A stretch of 63,864 bases of DNA, filler included, from Octopus bimaculoides (Eukaryota), in the NCBI RefSeq assembly GCF_001194135.2. It is 5 parts of 5 records of this genome, joined end to end, with 100 filler letters (N's around TTAATTAATTAA, not from the genome) between each part and the next. Parts side by side here need not be neighbours in the genome. Positions count along the whole stretch, not along the records: positions 39,617 to 56,893 come from NC_068996.1; positions 56,994 to 62,156 come from NC_068991.1; positions 62,257 to 63,864 come from NW_026352694.1; 2 more parts are not named here. One strand, given 5' to 3'. Under the pieces are notes generated by a model, which searched no databases, had not been told where the DNA came from, and saw only the letters and a program-made list of their open reading frames with translations. Position 1 is the stretch's first letter. Every line of letters starts with the position of its first letter. Positions 51,701 to 63,176 of the stretch are shown one piece after another. Position numbers and translations under genes: made by a program.

Positions 51701-51923
51701 GATTTTTTTCATTCGCAAAATATGGTTGTTTTAAAAGGAAGAAAAATCTGAAAATCGGCTATAATAATGTAGTCTCATTGCTATGAAGGTATGATGCTGT
51801 GGAGAAAAAATTGGAGGAAAAGTTGCTGAGGTTTAGAAATAGGAAAAACTCTATTTTTAGCCAATACCGAGACAGAAATTTTCTGCGCTAAGCGAAGCGT
51901 GTCAACTTTAAGGTTGTACCCTG
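51701..51923. mobile_element. Terminal fragment of a Tc1-type element
   Basis: Ends in GTACCCTG|TA; the other end is presumably in the gap. Confidence 0.4.
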
Positions 51924-53289
51924 TAAAATTTATAGCTTAGCGTCTGTGACATGACCTGTTCATTGTAGTTCATTGTGACATGACCTGTTCATTGTAATAA
52001 AATCAACATCTTACTGTTTCTTTTGTCTTTTCATTGATTTTATGTTTTTATAATTATTTTAATTTGTTTTATTAATATATTTGTCTGCATGTGCATACTT
52101 TATGCGTATTTCAGTATTATGTATAACTGTCATGTAATTGTGTATATCATTAATATATAAGTGCATGTGGATGTATGTATTCATATATAAGTTTATATGT
52201 GCATTTATGCATCCATGTGCGTGTGTGTGTATGTGAAGGGGGCGTCTGCTTCCAAAACTCCAAAGTTGAGTAACGTTTTCAGACTTGGATTTGTAAACTA
52301 CGATAAGAATAACATGAAATGAACAATATGTAAAAATACTAGCACAGAAAAAGCACAGAAAAATACTAACGCACAGAAGCACAGAAAATATGCAATATAC
52401 TAACAAACAGAAAAATTAAAACAAAACACGCGGGTGAAAAGAATCTCGTGGTGTGAAGAATCAAGCGTGTAAAATCAACATAGAACAAAGTGCGTCACAG
52501 ACAAGTGGAGTGAACCATGAAGTCGCAGACAACAGTGAAGTGAACCACAACACAGCGTGCGGTTGAGGTAACGAGCTGCTAATAAGAACGAGGGATCGAA
52601 GTGTAGGAAGAAAGTTAGCTTCGAGTAATCTGAAGTGAATATAAAAAAACAACTTTCAGGAACAATAGTGGTTTATTGAGACGCAAGGCTGCAGATTTTT
52701 TTCCCTTTGTTGAAGAACGATGAGCTAAAAAAAGTTCTTTTATATTCCACGGTAGGCGACCAGGGTTGCCGAGTGTGTGAAGAAGAATACAAGAGTTACG
52801 AAAAAGAGTATAGAAAATCCGAGGTACATATATTTCATAGCGAGTGGAACCTCAGAAGTGGTAAAATCCAAGTGAAGTGCATACCGCAGGCTACTCTTCA
52901 GGCCAAGGATATCTTCACTAGCTTAAAGGCTACATTGTCGCAAGGAGGTACGTATTGACGCAAAGAGGATTCAATCAGAATGTGTGGAGGGCACAGTATG
53001 TGAGGGGTATATAAATGTGGGGAGAATTAAGTAATAGAAGAAGGGAAGAAAGAAGAGAAAGAAAAAGAAGAAAAAAAGAAAATAGAATAAAATAAAATAA
53101 AATATGGAGGAGTGAGAGAAAGGGGGAATTGAACAGGATGGTAGTAGATAATACAGTAGTTTCAGCTGGTAGGTTGAATCACAGAATTCAATAGTGGGGT
53201 TGGCATTTAAAGAGGAATTGGATGGGAGGGGGTGAGGAAATATTTTTGGTCATGGGGGGAAAAAAGAAAGTATTTATGAATAAAGCAAG

Positions 53290-53575
53290 GTAGGGTGGGG
53301 AATTTATGTACGGCTAGTGGTTGTTTGTAGTCGAGTGCTTTTACGACCGAAAGGTTCTGCAAAAGCCTGGGGTTCCAAGGCCCACAGTTCTTCAATGCGC
53401 TGCCACAAAAATGAAGAAATCTCCATAAGGTGGAAGTAGATGTCTTCAAAAAGGAACGAAGAGCCTGATATGAGGTACAGATGAGGGCAGTGCACCAAAT
53501 GAGCTAACAGCTGGGACAAAAGTACATACAGGAGTGGTGATGTGAAACACCTCAGACTGAGGAAATAAGCGAAAC
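53290..53575 (+). mobile_element. CR1/L2-group LINE 3' end
   Basis: SLGFQGPQFFNALPQK*RNLHKVEVDVFKKE matches the GPxLFNxLP..R......FK..L C-terminal pattern. Confidence 0.7.
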
Positions 53576-53669
53576 CGCGGTGGTACTCCAGCATGACCGC
53601 AGTAGCATGGCTAAAACGAACAAAAGACAGTAAAAGAGTATATATATATATATATAAAGTTAGATAAAG

Positions 53670-54760
53670 CCGGTTTATGGGATTATCCTGGGTTTCACGT
53701 CCATAAAGCGTGTAGCTTTATGGTGTATCGTCAGATCCCAAAACCGGTTGGCTCAAAAACTTTCTAACGAGTGGCTCTCTAGAATATGGAGGGGGAAAGG
53801 ACCTCGCTACTCAATGTCAACAACAGGGGATTGTCTCCCTTTGGCTATCGTTCGGGTTGAGGGAGTCCTTTAGAATCCTCGCCTGTTCTGCTATGCATAG
53901 TTTACAACGCTTGGTCCCGTTTATGTAAGGACCTGAATTTTCTACGATTCTCCATGATATTGTGTATGGAATACCATTATCTTTCAGCTGCCATACACGG
54001 TTGGCTAATGACGTAACGAATCTCCTTTCCGGTAGCCTGAAGGAGGATTTGTGGTCTGAGAGGCGTTGTTTTCATCGTATTCCTGGAGCAGCTGATGTAT
54101 CTCCGTGGTCGGGTGTTGGCGGTGCTGTGTCTGTTTGTGTTGGTGTTGGCGTTGCTGCTACCACTGTTGCTGGTACTGGCACTGTTAGTGTTGGTATCAT
54201 TGGAGGTGGCGATGGTTTTGGTGCCGCCACTGCTGGTGTTGGTAAAGATGTTGTTGTTATGGTCATCGTCATTGATGGAGGTGCTGTCACTGATGCTATA
54301 GATATTATTGGCAATGACTCTGCTGCTATTTCCGTTAGAGGTACTACCATTCCAGTTATTGTTGTTATCGCTGATGATGGTGCTGCCGCTGGTTCTGTTC
54401 GTGTGACTGCTACTGCTACTATTGGAAATGTCGAGTCTGCTACTGTAGTAGACGTTGGGGAAGCTGCTGAGTGGCCGCTGCCGTTAGGGATACTGCCATT
54501 GCTGTTGTTGATGTTGTTATTGTTGTTATCGCTGGCGATGGTGCTGCCGCTGGTTCTCTTCGTGTCAATGCTGCTGCTGCTACTATTGGTTCTGTCGTCC
54601 CTGCTGCTGTAGTAGCCGCTGGGGAAGTTGCTGGTGTTGTTGCTACAATTAGGATCGGCTAGAACCTCAGCTTCATAGACGATTCCCTTGGTTTCGCAGT
54701 GACCAAGTATCTGTTGTAGTCCCTGCATGAGTATCCTGCTTCTACTCGTGGTTCATGGGT
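53670..54760 (-). mobile_element. Penelope-like retroelement 3' part: GIY-YIG endonuclease with a low-complexity insertion, plus terminal hammerhead relic
   Basis: SCRD...LGHCETKGIVYEAEV [insert] RYISCSRNTM-KQRLSDHKSSF...TSLANRVWQLKD...YTISWRIV...GTKRCKLCIAE; HHR-like motif at 53746-53670 on the same strand. Confidence 0.85.
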
Positions 54761-55943
54761 GCTAACTAGAATGCTCTTAATATTGAGGGCACAGCTAAAA
54801 GAGAGAGTGGGGGTATGTATGTACATGTGTTCGAATGTATATAAGTGTGCGTGTGTGTTTATGTGTAGATAAAACTTATCATGTGGCGTTCGATCACATG
54901 ATAATATAAATAATATATATANNNNNNNNNNNNNNNNNNNNNNNNNNNNNNNNNNNNNNNNNNNNNNNNNNNNNNNNNNNNNNNNNNNNNNNNNNNNNNN
55001 NNNNNNNNNNNNNNNNNNNNNNNNNNNNNNNNNNNNNNNNNNNNNNNNNNNNNNNNNNNNNNNNNNNNNNNNNNNNNNNNNNNNNNNNNNNNNNNNNNNN
55101 NNNNNNNNNNNNNNNNNNNNNNNNNNNNNNNNNNNNNNNNNNNNNNNNNNNNNNNNNNNNNNNNNNNNNNNNNNNNNNNNNNNNNNNNNNNNNNNNNNNN
55201 NNNNNNNNNNNNNNNNNNNNNNNNNNNNNNNNNNNNNNNNNNNNNNNNNNNNNNNNNNNNNNNNNNNNNNNNNNNNNNNNNNNNNNNNNNNNNNNNNNNN
55301 NNNNNNNNNNNNNNNNNNNNNNNNNNNNNNNNNNNNNNNNNNNTATATATATATTATTTTTAATATTGTATCTGAACCCCATTACTAAGTTAATTTATTA
55401 TAATTTTTCTTAAACTTTGATAGCTGCGATCTGAATGTAACCTAATTTATTTTACTTATTATTTATCATCTATAGTTTATTCTCTAATTTATCTTGTTTA
55501 CATAACCTTAAAATAAGTCGCATTACTGTTCTAAACTTAAAATGAAATATAATTATTTGATATGATTATATACATTTGAGTAGATTATATTTTACATAAA
55601 TATTATTTACTAGATTTACCTCTCATTGACCATTAATTTATAAATATATTCTTTTACTATAATATATAGCAGTTTATTTTCTTTCTTCGTTTTATTTACT
55701 TTCAAAAGTCCAACGGTTTTTATTGAAATTTTCAGCGTCCCTTACTCGTTCGCTACTTAACATCCTAGGTTTATATCCTAATTTAACAACACTACTTACT
55801 TTACTATGTAACGGTTTTCTTAACCGATATTGTATGCAGTGTCAATATGTTTCATGTCATTTCAACCTGTTTATACACATGTAATTTAATGACAACTATT
55901 AATGTTGTCTGTTATTTACTGTCTGCTATGAATTAATCAAATC

Positions 55944-56025
55944 TGACCCTGAAGAGATACAATATTCCATATTTTATAACATACAGGTGAGAGTCGGGAT
56001 ATTGCATCGAAATGTTCATAGGTCA
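55944..56025 (+). ncRNA. Minimal type I hammerhead ribozyme motif with intact core
   Basis: Stem I TGACC/GGTCA; CTGAAGA core; stem II GATACAATATTCC/GGATATTGCATC; GAAA; short stem III ATG-TT-CAT; AUA triplet (predicted cleavage after 56020). Confidence 0.8.
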
Positions 56026-56210
56026 TTAATCTTTATTAATGACCTATGAACATTTCGATCGCGTTATAGCTCTTATTTAAATTGATATACACACAAAATT
56101 GTATGATAAACAACCTTTCATATGAGAATTTTGCTACGTTGATAACAGGTACAATATTTTTATCAGATTTTTTATAGAGATCTATATATACAAATATATA
56201 TATATATATT

Positions 56211-56262
<52 letters not shown>

Positions 56263-56822
56263 TGTGACAATTATTGCCTTAATAACTGACGAGATGCCGG
56301 AGCAGTTTTCCGCCTCGACATCCATAACTCGAACTTTTATTATGACAACGGAATTGTCACATATTATATCACAGATAAATTCCACTATTTACACAATATA
56401 GAGGTCTCGTTCTTTCTTTTGTTGTCATACTATTATCAGGTACTTGAAAAGATATGCACCAGGTCGGATTTGATAAACCTCTAGTTCCGGCCTATGATTG
56501 GTAAGTATTAAATAGGATATTCCTGTTGTGTACACAGAGAAAACCTGTTATTATTCATTTGATTATATATATCTATGGAGTAGATAAAGTAAGGGCTACA
56601 TATGTTTCATAGCGGAAGTAGTAAATATCCGCAGACTACTAGAATTCATTCCGCGTGTTAACATGGGCTTCTTAACGACAAATTAAACTTCATATAATCA
56701 AGTCCTTGATCTGAAGAGTACCTTGTGGTATACACCTCGCTTGGATATTTACTACTTCCGAGGTTCTGCTCACCATGAAACATATGACCGCAGTCAAATG
56801 TCAGAAACAAGTAAAAGAATAA

Positions 56823-56893
<71 letters not shown>

Positions 56894-57724
56894 NNNNNNN
56901 NNNNNNNNNNNNNNNNNNNNNNNNNNNNNNNNNNNNNTTAATTAATTAANNNNNNNNNNNNNNNNNNNNNNNNNNNNNNNNNNNNNNNNNNNNTATATAT
57001 ATATATATATTACTTATGCACCCTTTTAAAGCCTAGCCAGGCTCATGTGCCCGGTTTCCAGGTCTCTATGGCGTATGTGTTCCCCACCCCAGTTGGACGG
57101 GACACCAGTCCATCGCAACTTTACACAGGAAACAGGAAGAAAGAGTGAGAGAAAGTTGGGGCGAAAGTGTACAACAGGGATACCATGCATGAATTACTAA
57201 CACTTGTACGTGTGGACCATATTCTCTATATCCACAGCTCAGCATTCCATAGACTACATCATGTATACAATTATACAATATTCTATACACAACGTATTAT
57301 ATACAGTCTTATACATTACATTGCAGTCTGCATTAATAATGCATATGTTAGCATATTTTCTTTCTCTGATTGTATATTGGTGGTTCGTTCTTTCTGAATA
57401 TTTATTTTCTCACAATCATTGGTCGAAGCTATAAATAATATCTAATTATATAAGGAGCACTCGTGTTGAATATATGACTCTAGCGTAGCTAATTACCACT
57501 CACATAGACACACATACAGACATATACACATATGTACATATATACACATATATATACATGTACACACATGTACACACATATACACACGTATATACACAGG
57601 TATGCATGCGTGAATATACGCATATATATGCATATGGGGAGAATTGAAAAAAAAAAAAAAGACGAAGTCAGGCGGTGTAGACAGGAAACAGATGTATTAG
57701 TATAACGCTCGGAAAGTGAAAAAG

Positions 57725-57762
57725 TCTTTAACGTTTCGAGCCTACGCTCTTCCACAGAAAGA
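57725..57762 (-). ncRNA. Degenerate minimal hammerhead motif
   Basis: TCTTT-CTGTGGA-A-GAGC GTAG GCTC-GAAAC-GTT-AAAGA; stems intact, core A6 changed to U. Confidence 0.6.
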
Positions 57763-58382
57763 AACAGACAGGAACAAGTAGAGACAAAAAAAAAAACAGA
57801 ATGTGTAGTGGTTATCAGTCTATCATGGAGAATACCGGACAGAAGGGCCACACAGGAGAGCTAGGGAGAAGGGGAGATAATAAAGTATAAGCCCTCCTGG
57901 GCTTAAAAATAGTGGTAACCTTGGTTCATACAGAACAGCCATATTTAACTGATGACAAACATTACTTCTCAGTATAGTTACTGCTCTCATCTCTTATAGA
58001 GATTTTCTAACTAGTTAATTTGCTTGTTGTAAGATCAGTGGCTATGTATCACTTATTTTCTATAAATGACGAGCTGGAATGAGCAACTGCTATCTTTAGC
58101 GGACGAGTCTCCACTATGGATGATGACCACAAAGAGGTCGAAACTGTAAAGCCTGATGGCCTCGGAGCTGCAAACTGTAGGTGTTCACTCACCTACTTGC
58201 AATATATATATCGGGAGCAGATTACATCGAATAACCGGCTGGAGGAGTCCTTCTGCGGTGAAAAAAAATAGCAGTAACGTTGGTTCGTATGGAAAAACCA
58301 TGTTGAAGCGGTGACAAACATTGCTTCTCAGTAGAGTTACTGTTTTCATCTCTTGTAGAGACTTTAAAACTAGCTAATTTGC

Positions 58383-58439
<57 letters not shown>

Positions 58440-59343
58440 CATATATATATATATATATATATACGCATGCTTGTATATGCATATATATACATATATATCA
58501 ACACACATTCATATATNNNNNNNNNNNNNNNNNNNNNNNNNNNNNNNNNNNNNNNNNNNNNNNNNNNNNNNNNNNNNNNNNNNNNNNNNNNNNNNNNNNN
58601 NNNNNNNNNNNNNNNNNNNNNNNNNNNNNNNNNNNNNNNNNNNNNNNNNNNNNNNNNNNNNNNNNNNNNNNNNNNNNNNNNNNNNNNNNNNNNNNNNNNN
58701 NNNNNNNNNNNNNNNNNNNNNNNNNNNNNNNNNNNNNNNNNNNNNNNNNNNNNNNNNNNNNNNNNNNNNNNNNNNNNNNNNNNNNNNNNNNNNNNNNNNN
58801 NNNNNNNNNNNNNNNNNNNNNNNNNNNNNNNNNNNNNNNNNNNNNNNNNNNNNNNNNNNNNNNNNNNNNNNNNNNNNNNNNNNNNNNNNNNNNNNNNNNN
58901 NNNNNNNNNNNNNNNNNNNNNNNNNNNNNNNNNNNNNNNNNNNNNNNNNNNNNNNNNNNNNNNNNNNNNNNNNNNNNNNNNNNNNNNNNNNNNNNNNNNN
59001 NNNNNNNNNNNNNNNNNNNNNNNNNNNNNNNNNNNNNNNNNNNNNNNNNNNNNNNNNNNNNNNNNNNNNNNNNNNNNNNNNNNNNNNNNNNNNNNNNNNN
59101 NNNNNNNNNNNNNNNNNNNNNNNNNNNNNNNNNNNNNNNNNNNNNNNNNNNNNNNNNNNNNNNNNNNNNNNNNNNNNNNNNNNNNNNNNNNNNNNNNNNN
59201 NNNNNNNNNNNNNNNNNNNNNNNNNNNNNNNNNTATATATAAGTATTTATGTATACATATGTATATATGAACACAGATATACACGCATACATGTATACAT
59301 GCATATGTATGTATATATAAATATAAATATAAGGTAATATAAT

Positions 59344-59385
<42 letters not shown>

Positions 59386-59727
59386 TTTCATATGATATCA
59401 TATCATATATCATATGACATGAAAGAATGCGTCATGCATCAATGAATGTCACATTCAGAACCAGAATTCCGAATCTCGGCATAATACCTCACACGCTCAC
59501 AAAATTTGAATAATACGCGACAAACTGACATTTTAACCTCTCCTTGAAAATATTTTCTAATCTCAAAACAAGACATTCACCGACACAAAACACAAAAGCC
59601 TGCCAACTCTCACCCCGACTCTCTTCGAAACTGAAGCAAAAACTTTCAGATAAGAATAAAAGGCTTCGATAAATAGACCACATTAAACTCGTGCTCGCAC
59701 GCAAATGCACACACGCACACACGTGTG

Positions 59728-59768
<41 letters not shown>

Positions 59769-60479
59769 AAACACATAAGCACACATATATACACCCAACA
59801 TATTGCTTCTCTGAGTTAAATAAATACAACATTCCTTTCATCAATTCCCCCACCGACGATCACCCGAATTTAGCTATTTGTGATTGTGTAGCATTTACTG
59901 TCTGAATAGCTTATACATACATACATACATACATACATACATACATACATACATACATACATACATACATACATACGCGGAGTAGATGGAACAGGGACAA
60001 CTGAAGAAGGGAAATAACTTTTCTGATACAAATTTTTGTTGCATGGTACAAAACTATGGAACTCTTCACGCTTTTTCTGTCATTGAAGCTAAGATAAATA
60101 TATTTTGTTCTCAAAATGAAAAAAGATATTTAGATTTAAACTTGACAGGTTGCGTTACTTACTCTCGTATACCGTCGCAACAAATTTTGATGCAAATTTT
60201 TTCTACTGGACCAAATCTCAATTTTGTTTTTTTATGCCAAAATGTAGCTAGGGACTTGGCCTCATCAAAAATGTTAACGGTTTTCCATTTAGTTAAGAAT
60301 TGAATTAGCGACAAGATATGAAATAAGCGGCATGTGAGTAAATTGCGGCCTTGAGAATATCATTCAACTACTACCGTAGTTGAATGATGACCAATATAAA
60401 AGTATAGAGTACACCTCCATAGTAATGCAAAATTGTTTATACTCGAACTGAACATAAAAATAAACATTAGTGTATGTAA

Positions 60480-61540
60480 GAGTGTAAGGCGGTGAGCTGG
60501 CAGAATCGTTACCGTGATAGGCACAATGCTTCGTAACATTTCGTCGGTCCTTAGGTTTCCAGTTCAAATTCCGCTGAGGGAGAGACGCTGCTTTTCATCC
60601 TTTCGGAGTTGTTAAAATTAGTACCAGTTGAACACCGGCATTGATGTAATTGGCTTATCTTATCAGCCGAACTTGCAGACCTTGTGCCAAAATTTGAAAC
60701 CAATGTGTGTGTGTGTATGTGCGTGTATGTGTGCACGCGTGCAGAAAGATCCCCCTTCGGTCATGAATTACCATGTGATTGCACCTAAAGAGTTACCCTC
60801 CGCTACACAAGTCCGAGCAAGGTTGTTTATAAAAAACTAGCAGTCACCCATGCATATCAGCTTCTACTCTTCACACTACCAATGTTATCCAAGGGAAAGG
60901 CAAGGGCCGATACAGTGTGGCACCAGTGACGTCGCAACTCATTTCTACAACTGAGGGAACTGGAACAGCGTAAAATAAAGTGCTTTGCTCAATAACAAAA
61001 CATGCAGCCTAGTCTGGGAATCGAACTCACTACCTCATGATTTTGAGCCTGAGTCATGCGTCTTAGATATTCACATATTCTTTTCTACTCTAGGCACAAG
61101 GCCCGAAATTTTGTGGGAGGTGCCAATCGATTAGATCGACACCACTATGCAACTGGTACTTAATTTATCGACCTCGAAAGGATGAAAGGCAAAGTTTACC
61201 TCAGCGGAATTTGAACTCAGAACGTAAAAGACAGACGAAATACCGCTAAGCTCTTCATCCGGCGTGCTAACGTTTCAGCCAGATCACCGCCTTTTTAAAA
61301 ATATATGAATGGTATATAATCTTTTCTACTCAAGGCACAAGGCCCGAGATTTTGGGGGAGCGGACCAATCGATTAGATCAAAACCAGTACGCAACTGGTA
61401 TTTAATTTATCGACCCCCAAAAGGATGAAAAGCAAAATCGACTTCGATAGAATTTGAACTCAGAACGTAAAGACAGACGCAATACGGCTAAGCATTTCGC
61501 TCAGCGTGCTAACGTTTCTGCCAGTTCGCCGCCTTTAGGT
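60480..61540. mobile_element. SINE cluster: A (+, 60480-60700), D (-, 60745-61070), two adjacent A copies (-, 61080-61300 and 61320-61540)
   Basis: Family motifs as above; the two minus copies repeat at ~240-bp spacing. Confidence 0.85.
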
Positions 61541-62262
61541 ATTCCCAGTACTAGCAGAAGAAAATGTGACCCACGGCGTCATTGTTAAACTCGGAAAGGA
61601 AAGAAACTCAAGCTTGATCTCAATGGGGTTTTTATCCTGGTGCGCGTGGAGCCCAGACGAATATTACATCTTTTTTTCCGTCAGAATCTTCAACTTCATT
61701 GCATTTCTATGAACTCTCTTCATTAGAAGAGGCCTAATAAAAGTCAAAACAGACTTGTCTAGCCAGACTGTTGACCACAGTTTGATATAACGCATATCAT
61801 ATAATTATACAACTTCTGTGTTACAGCGTTTGTTGCACTCATGTAGTGCTATCACTTTTTTCTTTGTGTTATTGTTTGTAATGAAAGTGTGTTCACAGTG
61901 AACGTATAATAAATATAATTAATTACTACATTATTTTAAGCAAGTAACCTTTTGTGAACACATTAATTTCTTGTACAAATAGTAATTCATTTTAGCTACA
62001 GATTACAAATCGTGTGGGCGCGCTCAAACGCCCACAGGCTAGAAGAAACAATGTACAGGGTGTTTTTCGTTTGTCCAACATATCTGCGCCATTATTTCCT
62101 CTCTCTAAAATTTGAACAGAAGAAAACTTACACACACACACACACACACACACACANNNNNNNNNNNNNNNNNNNNNNNNNNNNNNNNNNNNNNNNNNNN
62201 TTAATTAATTAANNNNNNNNNNNNNNNNNNNNNNNNNNNNNNNNNNNNNNNNNNNNGAAAGG

Positions 62263-62300
<38 letters not shown>

Positions 62301-62661
62301 GGTGGATACTTAAAGGAAGGGGCTACAAAAAAAAAAGAAAAAGGAAAGAAAAATTAAGAACCCCTGATTTAGACTAAGGGAGCACTTACCCTGACTGATG
62401 CTGAGAAGGAAAGGATATGGAAATGTTATTAAGAGAGTCAACAGAGGGGGATGCACACAAGGAAGGGAGAGAGAGAAGGGACTACATCGTGTACTTGACA
62501 AAGGGACCAGCTACTGAAGTTAACAGCTAAAAGCCTGAAAATGCAATTAAGGATGTGAAGAAAGAGAAAGCAGTTGTTTTAACAGGGGCAGTCATTAACC
62601 CTTCTGTTACAATATTTCTGTAGAGATGTACTGCCTTTGTTTCATCAACATTTAACGGTAT

Positions 62662-62723
62662 TACTTAAATACAGAGATCCCTAAAAACTAAGCCTAACCC
62701 TACGGGACCTCTGTATTTAAGTA
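62662..62723. repeat. 62-bp hairpin with a telomere-like loop
   Basis: TACTTAAATACAGAGATCCC / GGGACCTCTGTATTTAAGTA (19/20), loop TAAAAACTAAGCCTAACCCTAC. Confidence 0.8.
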
Positions 62724-63176
62724 GAGCCCATTTAACGTCCATTTTCCATGCTGGTATGGGTTGCACAGCTTGACAGGAATTGGCAAGGCTGGAGGTCACA
62801 CCAGGTCCCATAGTCTGTTTTGGCTTGGTTCCTACAGCTGGATGCCTTTCCTAACACCAAACACTCCAGAATGCACTGGGTGCTTTTTACCATCACCAGT
62901 GCTTAACCCCTTCCACCCAGATTTAGTACTGGTAGTCTGTGCTGTGTACCGGCATTAGGCCATTCAGCAACTACATAATTTTACATACAAGGAATTTTAC
63001 AATGCATTTACAAATTCTTCTTGGTGTTTTGTCAATGTAGAACGTGGTATTGACTTATAAAAACATTCAATATACCTTATAGTATATTGTGGTTGCATAA
63101 CGAAATACCACGTGGCTACATGTCATTAGGGTTTACGTACCAGCTTCCAGGATTGAGTTTAATATGTAAATTTGTT

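Noticed and set aside
52707-52958. 83-aa ORF MLKNDELKK...
   Set aside because: TTG start, no recognisable motif or splice context; possibly TE-derived but not assignable.
53962-54612. 216-aa plus-strand Val/Ala/Gly/Leu-rich ORF resembling a membrane protein
   Set aside because: Antisense reading of the trinucleotide-rich Penelope insert, stop-poor by composition.
7503-59413. Long ORFs full of X, or of YI/HT/CV runs
   Set aside because: Artefacts of N gaps and dinucleotide microsatellites.
12474-62212. TTAATTAATTAA islands inside N runs at 12474, 39561, 56938 and 62201
   Set aside because: The identical 12-mer flanked each time by ~44 Ns indicates an assembly or linker artefact, not a biological repeat.
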